A DNA stretch of 63,630 nucleotides, counting the filler, from Octopus bimaculoides (lineage: Eukaryota), in NCBI RefSeq assembly GCF_001194135.2. It is 6 parts of 6 records of this genome, joined end to end, with 100 filler letters (N's around TTAATTAATTAA, not from the genome) between each part and the next. Parts side by side here need not be neighbours in the genome. Positions count along the whole stretch, not along the records: positions 34,567 to 38,976 come from NW_026358356.1; positions 39,077 to 52,228 come from NC_068990.1; 4 more parts are not named here. One strand, written 5' to 3'. Made by a program: the position numbers and the translations under genes. The notes beneath the pieces were generated by a model. It did not search any database and was not told the DNA's origin. It saw nothing but the letters and a program-made list of their open reading frames with translations. Shown piece after piece: positions 34,716-47,855 of this stretch (its first letter is position 1; every line of letters starts with the position of its first letter).

Positions 34716-36925
34716 TATACACTCAGCAGATTAGACTGTTGGAAAAGAAAAGAATCCTAACATCGAGCTACAACAAATTGCTTTTCTGCAGCTGTACTAA
34801 ACTGGGTTTTATGCCTACTTCCTCTAACCATTTCTTCAGATATTTAGGGATAGTTCCCGATGCACCTATAACTACTGGGATAAATTTTACCCGCACTTTC
34901 CATAGTTTCTGTAATTCAATAGCTAGTTCCTGGTACTTTGATATTTTTTCTATTCTTCTCATAATAAATCTTTCATCATTTGGGACTGTAAATCTGGCAC
35001 TTTCTATTTTCTTTATCTACTACTACCAAATCAGGCTTTCTAGCTTCTATTACTCTTTCAGTTTAAATATTAAAGTCCCTCAACATCTTTTACTTCTTAC
35101 TTTGTAGCACTTTACTAGGTTCATTTTCATAATTCTTATCAGTAAGTTCAAATCCTCGCTTTCTACAAAGCTCGCAGTGGATTGCTCTACCTACATTGGC
35201 ATGTCTTTTCTTGTATTCTTTCTGCACCAGCATGCAACATTTACTTACTATATGGTTTACACTCTCCACTTTTGCTTTGAATAATCTACATCAGGAATCT
35301 ACTTGGTTTTTTGTTTATTTTGGCTTTTATCCAATTAGTCCTTAATGCTTGATCTTGTGCAGCTACTAACAATCTTTCTGTCCCTATTCAGCTTTCCCTT
35401 CTGCAGTCATAGCCATGTTTCACTGCTACTATTTGCTGAAACTATCTTTAGGAATCTACTATGCAACGACTTCTCCTGCCAGTCAGATGATTTCAGTTCT
35501 TTTTTTCTGATTTTTAAGTTCGTTTGGTGGTTTGGTTCCCATATGTCTTGTTGTGACTCTAGCAGCTTCTAATAAACTTTCTTCACTATTACCTACATAG
35601 GGGTCTATATCTACTCTAGCTAACTCCACGCTGTCTTCCACTGATATTAACCCTCTTCCACCTTCCTTTCTAGGTAGACACAATATTGGCACTCCTGCTC
35701 TTTATTCATTTCCAATATCCCCGAGTACTTATAACCCATCTTTTCTATCTGCTTCATAACCTCTCTTGGCGGTATCGCTAGCCCGTCCATACATTTGATT
35801 TTGCCTCTCTTCAAGACCAACACATCACACTTTTTCAGTCCGAAATCCATTCTGATATCAGCACTGAAAGTATACAACATATCAACGAGAGAACTGTTTG
35901 GGATTCATGTTTACCATAAGTTTTGAGGTCATCTATGAATAACAAGTGGTTGACATTTTATTGGCGGCTGTTGAATACACATCAGCATTTGCTTTCCTCA
36001 GAATCAGTGTTAGTGGTGTCATGCACAGTACAAAGATCAGTGGAGACAGGCCGTCTCCTTGGAAGATGCCTCTTCTGCTTTCTATTGTCCCTAAACTTCT
36101 TCCATATGCTGTCACTTCCGTCTTCCACGTCGCCATACTTTTTTCAAGCAATCACTCAACATTCGATTCAACACCAAATAGGTTCATACATTGCATAATC
36201 CAAGAATGTGGGATCATATCGTAGTTCTTACGATAATCGATCTGTGACATGGCTAAGTTAGTTTTCCTCCTCTTGCAGTCTCTAAGTACTGCCGGGAGTT
36301 GGTCCTTGGTACTTCTGCACTTACGCTTGCAACCCTTCTGCTCATGTGGCAGGACTCTATCTTTTTCCAGATGTCCGTACATTGACTCTGCGACTAATCC
36401 AGTCAATAATTTCCACATAAGTGGCATGCAGAATATCGGCCTGTAATTGTCTACCGTATTGCCTTTCTCGATATTTTTCAAGTACAGCACTGTCCAACCC
36501 ATTGTCAACCACTCTGGTGCTACTTGGTCGGTATTTTATAATATGTTGATTTGTGCAGCTATTCGTGTATGACATTCACCAAATCTTTTGATCCAGTAGC
36601 CTTGAACTCCAACTGGTCCCGGGGCCTTCCAGTTGCTCATTGTTTTGCTGATTTCCTTCACTTCCTTAACTGAAATGACTAGTTCTGTCTGTTTTGGACA
36701 GAATACTGTTTGTTTCAGTTCTTGCAACCATTCAACTTCCTTCTTGTGCTCCTTGTCTTTGCCCCAGATGTCACTCCCAAACCTTTGACTTTCAATGTTA
36801 TCTGGTATCATCTTTTCATCTGTACACTTTCCACTTATTTCTTTGTAAAATCTCTTCTGATCTATTCTGAATAACCAATTCTGCTGGTATCCCTTCACTC
36901 TTTGGTCGTATCTTACCATCTTTCT
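34641..36925 (-). mobile_element. R4/Dong-like non-LTR retrotransposon, 5'-truncated, decayed RT plus REL endonuclease, (TAA)n tail
   Basis: NYRPI...[15 protein letters not shown]...RRGIFQGDGLSPLIF...; C-terminus EKISKYQELAIELQKLWKVRVKFIPVVIGASG; tail at 34641-34692. Confidence 0.9.
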
Positions 36926-37469
36926 TTGTAACGAGGTGTCTCTCTATCGACACCCTCTCGTAAACATCAAACAAACAATGCATATGTATGAAGATATGGG
37001 ATTGACTAAAGTGACCTGATTTTCATAACAAAGTATAGTTTTTTTGTGACAATAAAAAGTCCTCATAAAAAAGATGTTGAAATTGATTTATATATTCATT
37101 GAATTTTATTTCCAGTTCGGTTAAGAAAAATCTAAATGACAGTATACTCCCAAAATAATAATGTATTATACAGTCACCAATGTATCTATTTAAAAACTCA
37201 AGAATAGTATTCGGTATTTCCATTTCGTATTATTGTGTACAGCCAGTAATATCAGCAACACATGTAAACTGTAATGTATGAAAAATGTACACTTCGCGTT
37301 CTTTTTTGTTTCCATTTATATAATCTTTGTAAACTTTATTTTTTCGTTATAAAAAGTAAAGGAGAGCATTGTAATTACATGTAGGCCACCTTTGACTTCC
37401 GGTAATCAATATTTTTAGACCCAATCCGCTATCATATGTGTGAGAGACTCTGTGTGTGTGTAAACACAC

Positions 37470-37584
<115 letters not shown>

Positions 37585-38162
37585 CATGCGTGTGTGTGTA
37601 ATAAAGAATTCGTTACACTTTACTGTAAGTTTAGTGAAAAAGAAAAGCGCATAAATACGATGGCAAAATGGTTATTTACAAAGTCTTACTTACACGGACA
37701 TTTAGCGTATAAATCCTTGAAATATTAAAATAGACAAAACAGACAGCTACCACCAGTAAGCAAATTATAAAACAGCTCCGTTTTGTAGGTGTATTCATTT
37801 TATGATCAAGAAAGTACTGAGTTTTATAACGTTGGTCTATGATAACTTTACCATCCGATTAGAGTATTGGAAATAATTCACTTTTTCTGATATATAAAGT
37901 TACTATAAATATATGTTCAGAATTTCTAGTACTCCACTTTAAATTTTTGTCCTATTTTTATGCGTCTGAAATTAGTTTCAGTCAAATGCATACCTGTATC
38001 GTTATCCGGTTAAATTCTCAGTCTACAATATCTGATAAAGAAATGAATACAAGTACAAAGATAAAACTGTAAGAAGGTACTTATTTATCTATTCATTTAT
38101 TTATTTACCCTATTTATTTATTTATTTATTTATTAGACACAATCGATTATAATAAGCTTATC

Positions 38163-38249
<87 letters not shown>

Positions 38250-38253
<4 letters not shown>

Positions 38254-38377
38254 TAAAAAGTTTACTTTCCACCAATATGATTCTTGGTTCAGTTCCACAG
38301 CGTTGTACCATAGACAAGTATAGCCCGGCCCGACCAACTTCTAGGTGGATTTCGTAGTAGAAATTGAAAGATGCCTG

Positions 38378-38380
<3 letters not shown>
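38250..38380 (+). mobile_element. Degenerate SINE family B head
   Basis: GGTTCAGTTCCACAGCG...CCGACCAA...GTGGATTT...GAAATTGAAAGATGCCTGTC. Confidence 0.6.
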
Positions 38381-38414
<34 letters not shown>

Positions 38415-38651
38415 ATCGATGAAAAATGCTAAGGAGAACTCCTGAAGTATGGCTTATACACCCATTACCCATTATTCATTTAAATAGTACGCTCTGAGTA
38501 AGTGAGGTAGTTCGTTCCAAAGTTCGTGTGGTGATAGTTCAAAGCTGGAGTTCAAAGTTTACAGTTCGATTTAGCGTGTTGGATTGATGGTTCTTAAAAG
38601 ATTGTTGTTACGTTCCGTGTGGTTACTGTCGATTGTTTCAATTATATTGTT

Positions 38652-38976
38652 ACTAGTAGAAATACCCGGCTTTGCCCGGGTTAAAGAGAATAATGAAATC
38701 TAAAAACGCCGTCTAGACTACGCAACCCTCAACTGTTAGTAGCTACGATACCATATTTCTACATTAATAACTCTCCAATCCATGCCAGCATGGAACATAG
38801 ACATTAAGTGGAATGCCAGTCTCTCATCTAGGAGGGCCTTGAAATCAATGTTACCAACTGGGGACTATGTGTGTCGTAGTGATAATAAAAAGACCCAAAG
38901 GAGGTTTGCAACGAAATAATTTTACTCAACACTTTGCAAGAGAATCAGTGGAGGCAAAGATGCGTCTCATTTACTT
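38652..38976 (+). mobile_element. Helitron-derived (HINE/DINE-like) element end
   Basis: ACTAG followed by the hairpin CCCGGCTTTGCCCGGG. Confidence 0.5.
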
Positions 38977-39020
38977 NNNNNNNNNNNNNNNNNNNNNNNN
39001 NNNNNNNNNNNNNNNNNNNN

Positions 39021-39032
39021 TTAATTAATTAA
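39021..39032. other. Artificial scaffold linker TTAATTAATTAA
   Basis: Embedded in a 100-bp N block. Confidence 0.95.
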
Positions 39033-39693
39033 NNNNNNNNNNNNNNNNNNNNNNNNNNNNNNNNNNNNNNNNNNNNAGTTTCTTGTGGAGAAAAAGGGGG
39101 AATATCTATTATATTCTACCCAAACATAAAAGTTTTGAATCCTTACGAGAGAACTGAATACAATGTGAAGCAAAGTAATTTTCTAGCATGAAAAATGTGA
39201 AGCCAAAATAGATGAGATTTTGTCATTTCTCATATTAACAACTTCTCGTTTCTATATGATGTATTACTGAAATAATTTCTCTGAAAATTCTCCTATATAT
39301 AATGAAAAATATAATTACTCGATATTTCTTTCAGGAAGTGTGTTAAAAAAGGGAGAGAGAGAGATAGTGGGGCGGGGGAAGGTCAAGGAAAAAGAGAGAG
39401 ATATGGTGATAAAAATAGTAGAGAAGATAGAGAAAGATATAAAGGAAGATAGAAAGAAAAAGATCCTTTTAGTTGAATATTATAAATGCAGGTTTCTCTG
39501 GCTACAGAAAGGACGGTCTTAGAAGAGAACATCAATGAAAGTAGTAATATATGTTATTTACATTCGAACGCGTTCCAAATAATGCATCTTATATGTCATA
39601 TAGTGGCGTTTCTATGGATGGCTGTTCCCTTATTTTCTGGGATGTCTGATGTGTATTTGTGTGTGAGAGATAGAGGAGAGTTGAGAAAGAAAT

Positions 39694-39739
<46 letters not shown>

Positions 39740-39929
39740 AATGAGAGAGAGTGAAAGAAAACGAAAGACAAACAACGAGAGAAAATAGAAATGAACTGGA
39801 AAAAGCAAGAGAGCGAAAAAAATGAAGGAGAGAGGAGAGGGAAAGAAAAACAAATGGTGGAAGAAAATAGAGAAAGAGTGAGAAAGAATGAGATGGAAGG
39901 AAAGGCAGACGAGAAGAGAAAATAAACAG

Positions 39930-40114
39930 ACGCCAGACAAAATGCTTAACGTCATTTCGTCCGTTTTTACGTTCTGAGTTCAAATTCCACCGAGGTCAGC
40001 TTCGCCTTTTATCTTTCGGGGTTGATAAAAATAAGAACCAGTTGAGCACTGGTGTCGATGTAGCCGACTCAACCCCTTCCCCGAAACTGCTGGCCTTGTG
40101 CCAAAATTTGAAAC

Positions 40115-40172
<58 letters not shown>
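39930..40172 (+). mobile_element. SINE family A with (ATT)n tail
   Basis: TTTACGTTCTGAGTTCAAATTCCACCGAGGTC...GGCCTTGTGCCAAAATTTGAAACC(ATT)n. Confidence 0.88.
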
Positions 40173-40335
40173 GTTCAGTAGTCTTATTTTTATAACGTGC
40201 TTTCACTTCACTACCGAGCGCAGCTCTGTGTGCCTTGGGTATGTGCTGTGGTTTGCTGTGATGCTCTTATGGTTACTGTATTGAAAGTGTTTTGCGTAGG
40301 ATGTGTGCAGTGCCCAGTAGTGCAATTTTCTGTAA

Positions 40336-40336
<1 letters not shown>
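40173..40336 (-). mobile_element. Short 3' end of R4/Dong-like family 2, embedded in (ATT)n
   Basis: Reverse complement matches 42435-42602; encodes QKIALLGTAHILRKTL; (ATT)n on both sides. Confidence 0.88.
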
Positions 40337-40366
<30 letters not shown>

Positions 40367-40399
40367 ATTATACGAACTGGCAGAACCGTTAGTGAAAAT

Positions 40400-40675
40400 G
40401 ATGATAACAAGACTGTTTGGAACGTGAAAGAGTAATGTAAGAGCGATATCAGTTGTAATCAGAGGTATTAGAGTCAATCCCATCGAAACTTCAAGACTTC
40501 TTAAAGCACTTGAGAATACCATGGTAGATTGATGTCATAGAAAAACCAGTCTTACTAGGTACTACACACATTTTAAGGAAAGTATTGTCTGTTTCAAGTC
40601 CTTGTGATAACTTGACGGAGGACTAAGTGCTCCGGCGTGCATTTTCCATCTACACGGCGTGACAAAGTAATAGAA
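40400..40675 (+). mobile_element. 3' end of a third R4-like family
   Basis: KPVLLGTTHILRKVLSVSSPCDNLTED* resembles the QK..LLGT.HILRK.L terminus. Confidence 0.65.
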
Positions 40676-40681
40676 GGGTCT

Positions 40682-42602
40682 AAGTATAGCTTGGATCGAT
40701 TATCGAAAGGCTTTTGATAATATTCCTCACCCATGGATCCTAAAAATACTAGCCATGAACAAGGTAGCACCCATAATCATAAAATATATAAAACATTCAA
40801 TGAATAAGTGGGAATCAGTGCTACAGCTCCACACAAAGGAGGGACTCATAAAAACTGAAGCTATCCCCATTAGAAGAGGAATATTCCAGGGAGAAACGCT
40901 CTCTCCACGCTTTTATCTGACATGCTAAATAGAACTGGATGTAGATACAACTGTTGCGGCAAAACAATCAACTATCTCTTGTATATGGAGGATTTAGAAC
41001 TGTATGCTGCAAATGATAAACAGCTGGAAACATTACTACAAACCAAACATGGATTTACCAAAGAAATAAACATGAAATTTGGCTTAGGAAAATGTGCCAA
41101 AGCAACCTTGAAAAGAGGAAAACTAGTTAAGAGTAGCAACATCACACTTGATAAAGCAAATGAAATAAGAGAATTAGACCAAAGCCAGACATACAAATAC
41201 CAAGCAATCAATGAACTAGATACGGTACAACACACACAAATGAAAGAGAAGATAATAAAGGAATACTATAGATGAGTTAGATTAATACTAAAAACAGAGC
41301 TCAATGCGAAAAACAAGATAATAGGTATCAACACTCTAGCCGTCTCAGTTATAAGTTACAGCTACAATATTCTTAACTGGAATCTAAATGAACTAATCAA
41401 AATAGACGGGAAACAAGAAAAATAATGATAGGATTTAGGATGCACTACCCAAAATCTGACAAAGAAAGTTTATATATACAGCGTATCGAAGGTGGTTGAG
41501 GCTTTATACAGTTAGAAAACTATTACAAAATAACCACCATAGGACTACAGAAATACCTACTTCAGAAGGAAGGAAGACTAATACAAATAGCCACAAAACA
41601 CGAGCAAAACAAAAAACTGCTTTCTGTCTTTAAGGAAGCTGACAAATACAAAAAAGTCATAGAACCTAACAACTATGAAGAAAACGAAGAAATAACACAA
41701 GCTGTAAAACTACTGAAATCCAAACTAAAACTGGAACAGCAATGGATCATTATAAAACGATTGCAAGAAAAGCCCCTTCATCATAAATATTGGGTTAAAC
41801 TAAATAGAAAAGTAGACAAAGCAAAATCCCAACAATGGCGGAGAAGCACAGGACTCAAAGCAGAGACTGAACGATTTTTAATTGCAACACAAGATCAAAG
41901 CCTTCCCACCAGAAATTACCAAAAACATGTAATGAAAAGAAATACAAGTAACTGCAGAATATGTGGCGATTGAGAAGAAACAATAAATCATATTCTGTGA
42001 CTACTCAATCTTCTGGGTAAGAAGGAATATATTCAGACACGAACGAGTTGGAACCTATGCTAACATTGTAAGTTAACAGAAAAAAGATGGTATAGGCACA
42101 CGCCAGAAAAGGTCACAGAAAACGAGAAAGCAACCATATTCTAGATATGCCAATACAGACAGATAGAGAAATCAAGGCTAATATGCAGGATGTAGACATC
42201 AGAGATCACCAAGAAAAAAAATACTCTCTAATCGATGTATCAATACTAAACAGATGAAACGTTTCTCTAAAAGAAATGGAAAAGCTTTCAAAATACAAAG
42301 TTCTGGAAATAGAGGTAACTCAAAGCCTAAAAACAAAAACAATTACTATTATAGTAGGCGCATTAGGTATGATAAAAAAAAAGCACTCAGATCAATACAT
42401 AACAAAAGCACCAGGACGTACACGTATATATAACATACAGAAAATAGCACTGCTAGGCACCGGACACATCCTACGTAAAACACTTTAAATACACTGAAAA
42501 TAAGAGCACCACAACAAACCACAGCACATACCCAAAGCACACAAAGCTGCGCTGGGTAGTGCAGTGAGAGCACGGGATAAAAATAAGACTACTGAATAAT
42601 AA
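40682..42602 (+). mobile_element. R4/Dong-like family 2, 5'-truncated within RT, decayed
   Basis: LSIAWIDYRKAFDNIPHPWI...RRGIFQGETLSP...INYLLYMEDLELY...CRICGD...EKLSKYKVLEIEV...IIVGALG...LLGTGHILRKTL. Confidence 0.92.
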
Positions 42603-42604
42603 GG

Positions 42605-42839
42605 ATGATGATGATGATGATGATCCTTTCTACTGGAAGCACGAGGCCTCAAATTTGGGGGAAGGGATTAAATCGATTACATCCATCCCCAGTGTGTAGC
42701 TGGTACTTATTTAATCAACCCCAAAAAGATGAAAGGCAAAGTTGACCTCGGCAGAATTTGAACTCAGAACACGAAGGCGGTCGAAATACCGCAAATCATT
42801 TTGCCCGGCGTGCTAACGATTCTGCCAGCTCGCCGCCTT
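42605..42839 (-). mobile_element. SINE family A, full length, (ATC)n tail
   Basis: AAGGCGGCGAGCTGGCAGAATCGTTAGCACGCCGGGCAAAATG head. Confidence 0.9.
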
Positions 42840-42854
42840 AAATAACAACAACAA

Positions 42855-42996
42855 CGACGACGAAAAATACCTTAAGAATGAGAACCCAGGTTCGAAATTT
42901 CCCCAAGACACCTGATGAAGGCTGGAGGATATATCAGCCAAAACAAACAAGATGAGGACAGATATCAGTCGAATATAAATAATGTAAATAATGTAC
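42855..42996 (+). mobile_element. Hammerhead-bearing repeat family F, ribozyme 3' half deleted
   Basis: CCCCAAGACACCTGATGAAGGCTGGAGGATATATCAGCCAAAAC; lacks GAAACGTTGTGTT; homologous to 54011-54137. Confidence 0.8.
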
Positions 42997-43070
<74 letters not shown>

Positions 43071-43823
43071 ATTAAGAAAATTAAAAGTGCCAGATAGTTG
43101 ACTTTACAGTCCAAAATGATGAAAAAAATTAATATGAGAGATACAGAAAGAATAGCGAAGTACCAGGACCTAGCCATTGAATTACAGAGACTATTGAAAG
43201 AGCGGGTTAAATTTATCCCAGTAGTAGTTATAGGTGCACTAGGAACTTTCCCTAAATATTTGAACAGATGTATAGAGAAAACAGGCATAAAACCCAGTTT
43301 AGTACAGGGGCAGAAAACAGTGTCATTAGGGAGAGCTAGGATACTTAGGAGGGTTCTAAGCATTTAAGGTTACCTGTTGTAGCCCGATGTTAAGAAATTT
43401 TCTTTTCCAACAGTCTAATCTGTCGTGCGAGTGGAGGCGCAATGGCCCAGTGGTTAGGGCAGTGGACTCGCGGTCATCGTATCGCGGTTTCGATTCCCAG
43501 ATCGGGCGTTGTGAGTGTTTATTGAGCGAAAACACCTAAAGCTGCACAAGGCTCCGGCAGGAGATGGTGGCGAACCCTGCTGTACTCTTTCACCACAACT
43601 TTCTCTCACTCTTACTTCCTGTTTCTGTTGTGCCTGTAACTCAAAGGGTCAGCCTTGTCACACTGTGTCACGCTGAATATCCCTGAGAACTACGTTAAGG
43701 GTACACGTGTCTGTGGAGTGCTCAGCCACTTGCACGTTAATTTCACGAGCAGGCTGTTCCGTTGATCGGATCAACTGGAACCCTCGTCGTAAGCGACGGA
43801 GTGCCAACAATATATCGTGCGTA

Positions 43824-43827
<4 letters not shown>
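43071..43827 (+). mobile_element. R4/Dong-like family 1 3' fragment flanked by (TAG)n on both sides, interrupted by SINE C
   Basis: ERIAKYQDLAIELQRLLKERVKFIPVVIGALG; 3' UTR matches 34693-34770; (AGT)n at 42997-43070 and 43828-43860. Confidence 0.9.
43431..43814 (+). mobile_element. SINE family C, full length
   Basis: Closely similar to 20194-20567; TSD TCGTGCG at 43423-43429 and 43815-43821. Confidence 0.92.
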
Positions 43828-43861
<34 letters not shown>

Positions 43862-44354
43862 ATTTTCTATATTATTTAGCTACTTGTTATTTGTATTTAC
43901 GATCTTCCTTTCACACTCTCATACAGTTTTCTTTTCTCTCTTCTCTTTTCATACTTTGTCCTTATAAACGTACCCTACCCGTCAGGCTAGTGGCTTTAAA
44001 AGAAAGCATTATTAATATTGTTCCCCTCAACAGAAGCCCTTGTGGCAAATAATAAAACAAATCACCACCACCGCTACCACCACACATCGTCATCATCATC
44101 ATCATCATCATCGTCGTCATCGTTATCGTAATTGTTATAACTATTATTATTTATTAAATGAAACGATCTCAATTTAATTTCATTAATTACCAAAAGCCAG
44201 GGGCTGCTACTGGCAGGCAAAAATCTGTTCAATAGCCAAAAGAAACTTTTCCCCTTCGGGGCTGTTGTTGCCAATGTGCTTACATATTGCGAGTTTTATA
44301 TATAGCAATGTTACGTTACGTTAAACACTACATATGAATTATACATACATACAT

Positions 44355-44401
<47 letters not shown>

Positions 44402-45559
44402 TATATATGAGCAAGTGCGCGCATGTACATACACACACATACATATATTTGTATGCGTGTGTGTGTGTATATATATATACATATATTTATAATGTGCATA
44501 TATACATGTACATATTCATACATGTACATATCTATATATGTAAGAATATATNNNNNNNNNNNNNNNNNNNNNNNNNNNNNNNNNNNNNNNNNNNNNNNNN
44601 NNNNNNNNNNNNNNNNNNNNNNNNNNNNNNNNNNNNNNNNNNNNNNNNNNNNNNNNNNNNNNNNNNNNNNNNNNNNNNNNNNNNNNNNNNNNNNNNNNNN
44701 NNNNNNNNNNNNNNNNNNNNNNNNNNNNNNNNNNNNNNNNNNNNNNNNNNNNNNNNNNNNNNNNNNNNNNNNNNNNNNNNNNNNNNNNNNNNNNNNNNNN
44801 NNNNNNNNNNNNNNNNNNNNNNNNNNNNNNNNNNNNNNNNNNNNNNNNNNNNNNNNNNNNNNNNNNNNNNNNNNNNNNNNNNNNNNNNNNNNNNNNNNNN
44901 NNNNNNNNNNNNNNNNNNNNNNNNNNNNNNNNNNNNNNNNNNNNNNNNNNNNNNNNNNNNNNNNNNNNNNNNNNNNNNNNNNNNNNNNNNNNNNNNNNNN
45001 NNNNNNNNNNNNNNNNNNNNNNNNNNNNNNNNNNNNNNNNNNNTATATATATATATATATATATATGTTTGTGTGTGTTTATGTGTATGTGTGTATATAG
45101 ACATACACACATATAGATAAGGCTTGAATACATACATACATACATACATACATACATACACACCTATGCCTCATATATAAGCCTGTCTCTGTGCGCTGCG
45201 ACTCTATCTCTATGTGTGAGAGAGAGACTCCAACTATTGTTAGTAAAGTTATTAGGAGTGGCCATTTTTATTTTACGTGCATATTGCCTCTGCCTCCATT
45301 TTGAATTATGCAAGACTCACAACGTTAATACTCTTTTGTGCAAAATCCGATGACAATTTAGCTGTGGACAAAAGCTAAACAGGTTAGCATCATATTGAAA
45401 TAAATTCACTGATTTCTAATTAATATTTACTATAACTTACTCAATATTCTTGAGTCGATCGGTTATTTGATTGGTTGGTTGGTTGGTTGGCTGACTGGCT
45501 GGCTGGTTGCGGAAAAGATATGGAGATTTCGAGAAAGTGTTCAATTCAAACCAAACGCA

Positions 45560-46120
45560 AATTCTTCTTCTTCTTCTTCTTGCTCCTCCCTCTTCCTCTT
45601 TTTCTTCTTCTTCTTTTTCTTTTTCTTCTTTTTATTCTTCTACTTCTTCTCCCTCCTCCTCCTTCTTCTTCTTCTTCTTCTACTTCTCCTTCCTTCTCCC
45701 CCTCCTCCTCCTTCTTCTTCTTCTTCTCCTTCTTCTATTTCTTCGCCCTCCTCCTCCTCTTGTTCTTCTTTTCCCCTCCTCCTCCTCCTTCTTCTACCCC
45801 CTCCCCTCCTCTTCTTCTAATTCTTCTCCCTCCTCCTCCTTCTTCTTCTTCTCCTTCTCCCTCCTCCTCCTCCTTCTCCTCCCCCTCCTCCTCTTCTTCA
45901 CCATCACCATCATCTGTTTCTTATTTCTTATACGTATTGGCCCTTCATTCTTTTAAATATCCGCTCCATACACCTTCCTGGACTTCTTTCTTCTTCTTTT
46001 CCTTCGTCGTTTCTCCTCCTCCTCCCCTTGCCCCTTCTTTCCTTTTGTGATTCCTAATAACTCATTTTTTTCTCCTCCCCCAATTTTTTTTTCTCCTATT
46101 CCTCCGCATTTTTTTCTTTT
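45560..46120. repeat. Polypyrimidine (CTT/CCT)n low-complexity tract
   Basis: Directly visible. Confidence 0.9.
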
Positions 46121-46691
46121 TTTTTTCACACAATTTCATATGTGACAAAGTCATAAAACTGGGTTGAGTTTTCGACCGAAATTAAAAGATACAATATTTA
46201 TTACAGCATCTAATTGACGCAGAATATATAATAATAATCATAATAATACGTATATNNNNNNNNNNNNNNNNNNNNNNNNNNNNNNNNNNNNNNNNNNNNN
46301 NNNNNNNNNNNNNNNNNNNNNNNNNNNNNNNNNNNNNNNNNNNNNNNNNNNNNNNNNNNNNNNNNCAGTATATGATATGTATGACTTTATCATATACTGT
46401 ATATATATATATATAAACACACACATCTATATATACGTATATCTGTATATATATATATATGCATACACACACACATGTATATAAGGCACGACTTTTATTA
46501 TATACACCTATTTGCAGTTGTGTGATTTATGTAGTTGGTGCGAAACTTCAAGATATTAAAGTAACATTGTACATATACGTGTACGTGTCCGCTTAAGTAT
46601 ATATACAAAGCTATACAATTTTATGCATATCTCTATATACCAATATATGTGTATGTATGTATACACACACACACACACACATATATATGTA

Positions 46692-46805
46692 TAGCTCGAA
46701 ACGTCAAAGACTTTCCGTATTCCCGAGCGTCATACTAATATATACTTTTGTTATTTACACCACCTGTCCTCGTCTATTGTTATTATTTGTATATTCTCCC
46801 ATATA
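46692..46805 (+). mobile_element. Family E copy truncated inside the hammerhead
   Basis: TAGCTCGAAACGTCAAAGACTTTCCGTATTCCCGAGCG...; lacks the CUGUUGA half. Confidence 0.8.
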
Positions 46806-47183
46806 TATACATACATATAATGCATATACATATATATATTATATATTATATGTATCTATATATATGTATATATGTGTGTGTGTGTGTGTCTCTCTCTCTC
46901 TCTCTGTACTCGCAAGCACGAGTGTGTATACTTATATACACTGCCATAGAGATACTGTAATATACGGAATAGTTATTAAAATATATTCTGGTATTACCTA
47001 ACTTTATTACGTCTAAGAATCATATATTTGTTACATACGTATGTATGAATATATGTATATATATCTGTGTGAATGTTTATATACACGCATGCACACAGAC
47101 ATACATATATGTACACATATTATATATATATTATATCATATATATATATATATATATATATAAAATAATAAAATAGATTTTAC

Positions 47184-47214
<31 letters not shown>

Positions 47215-47599
47215 GTTATTATTATTATTACTTACAGTCGAAATTTATTACGATTTTCGTTTGTTCTCAGTAATAGAGGAAAAAAATTTTGTATATTTTT
47301 TTTTAAAAACTAGGTTTCGATTGAGCGTAATAAACAATTACGAGATTGTAATCCCGTGTAACATAGGTTTCTTTTAACAAGACACAAGCCTTAATATTCT
47401 TCACTTATTCAATAGTTTCTTTCTTTCTTTCTTCGTTTTCTTCTTGTTTTTTTTTCTTCCTGGTTTCTTTTTTGGTTTGTAGTGTGTTAAGGCAGCGAAC
47501 GGGTTGGGCGTTGGCTGGTTGGTTGGTAGAAGGTTATTCGATTGAATCGTAAGAAGTATATTACTGCGACGGTTTTTTAATCGACGCGAAGAATGTACG

Positions 47600-47855
47600 G
47601 GTAGTAATAATAATAACAACGATGATGATGATGATGAGGAGGAGGAGGAGGAGGAGGAGGAGGAGGAAGATAACAGAGCAACAATTATAAGGGCGGCCGC
47701 AGCAGCAATACGATGACCACCACCACCACCACCACAATCTACAACCACTGCTGCTGCTGCTACTACTACAGCAATAATAGCAACAATAACAACAACAACA
47801 ACAGCAATAATAATAATAATAATAATAATGATAATAATAATAATAATGATAATTT
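47600..47855. repeat. Compound trinucleotide array (AAT, GAT, GAG, CAC, TGC, AAC)
   Basis: Directly visible. Confidence 0.9.

Noticed and set aside
45467-46050. Pro/Ser/Leu-rich ORFs up to 191 aa
   Set aside because: Translation of a CTT/CCT low-complexity tract.
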